Shown one piece after another: positions 41,653 to 41,840 of a DNA stretch of 41,840 nucleotides. The stretch is from UHGV virus genome UHGV-0211239. The stretch is one strand, 5' to 3'. The notes under the pieces are model-generated. The model was not told where the DNA came from. It did not search any database and was given only the letters and a program-made list of their open reading frames with translations. The stretch comes from a virus. A program made the translations under genes and the position numbers. Each line of letters opens with the position of its first letter. The stretch's first letter is position 1.

Positions 41653-41807
41653 ACCGTTATCCCCTCTCTCTTCAGGCTGTCCATCACTCGCTTGTAAATC
41701 TCAGAGTTAACAGATCGCCCGTTCTCTTCCGCCACCTTACGCACCAAATCCAATACTTCTTTAGGCCACCGCAAATTGAACTGCGGCATTTTGCTCATTC
41801 CTTTCAT
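41649..41807 (-). CDS. arc: Arc repressor (ribbon-helix-helix)
   Basis: Start re-set to ATG at 41807 (MKGMSKMPQFNLRWPKEVLDLVRKVAEENGRSVNSEIY...) matching P22 Arc (53 aa); SD gaggtg. Confidence 0.9.
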   Translation of the reverse strand: MKGMSKMPQFNLRWPKEVLDLVRKVAEENGRSVNSEIYKRVMDSLKREGITV

Positions 41808-41821
41808 ATTCACCTCACAAT

Positions 41822-41840
41822 ATAGGTCCACCGTGGACCT
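41822..41840. promoter_or_regulatory. Mnt operator (Omnt) palindrome, truncated by the window boundary
   Basis: taggtccaccgtggacct; with base 1 (a) it completes a 19-bp palindrome taggtccaccgtggaccta. Confidence 0.75.

Noticed and set aside
1-41840. Integrated prophage with attL/attR and host flanking genes; CRISPR arrays
   Set aside because: No host genes or direct att repeats at the ends; attP is intact and internal; no repeat-spacer arrays anywhere.

Overview
The window is a complete, circularly permuted genome (41,840 bp) of a temperate P22-like podophage of Enterobacteriaceae, not a prophage with host flanks. The two ends join inside the immI region: arc at the 3' end, mnt at the 5' end, and the Mnt operator palindrome split across the junction. 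attP (a tRNA-Thr 3' half) sits internally next to int. All calls rest on reading the ORF translations and DNA motifs by eye; no database search was possible and comparisons to P22/lambda proteins are from memory. Minus-strand late block: terS, terL, portal, scaffold, coat, gp4, gp10, gp26 tail needle, gp14, ejection proteins gp7/gp20/gp16, and a tailspike. Lambda-type modules supply ninB-ninI, Q, the PR'/qut/tR' leader and S-R-Rz/Rz1 lysis genes. Immunity region: CI-like repressor, Cro, operators, N with P22-type boxB nut sites, O-like initiator with ori iterons, DnaB-like helicase. Candidate novel cargo: (1) an AT-rich two-gene operon directly downstream of the repressor, at the rexAB-equivalent position; (2) a three-gene cluster downstream of mnt at the sieA position; (3) an HNH homing endonuclease between genes 4 and 10 with a duplicated gene-10 5' fragment; (4) a hexapeptide acetyltransferase beside a chimeric tailspike with a C-terminal intramolecular-chaperone domain; (5) two tandem tRNA genes just downstream of tR'; (6) a cII homolog with an in-frame TGA; (7) a CxxC zinc-ribbon ORF between arc and ant. 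The ORF track reports GTG/TTG starts as M, so several starts were re-set to internal ATG/GTG codons with a Shine-Dalgarno.
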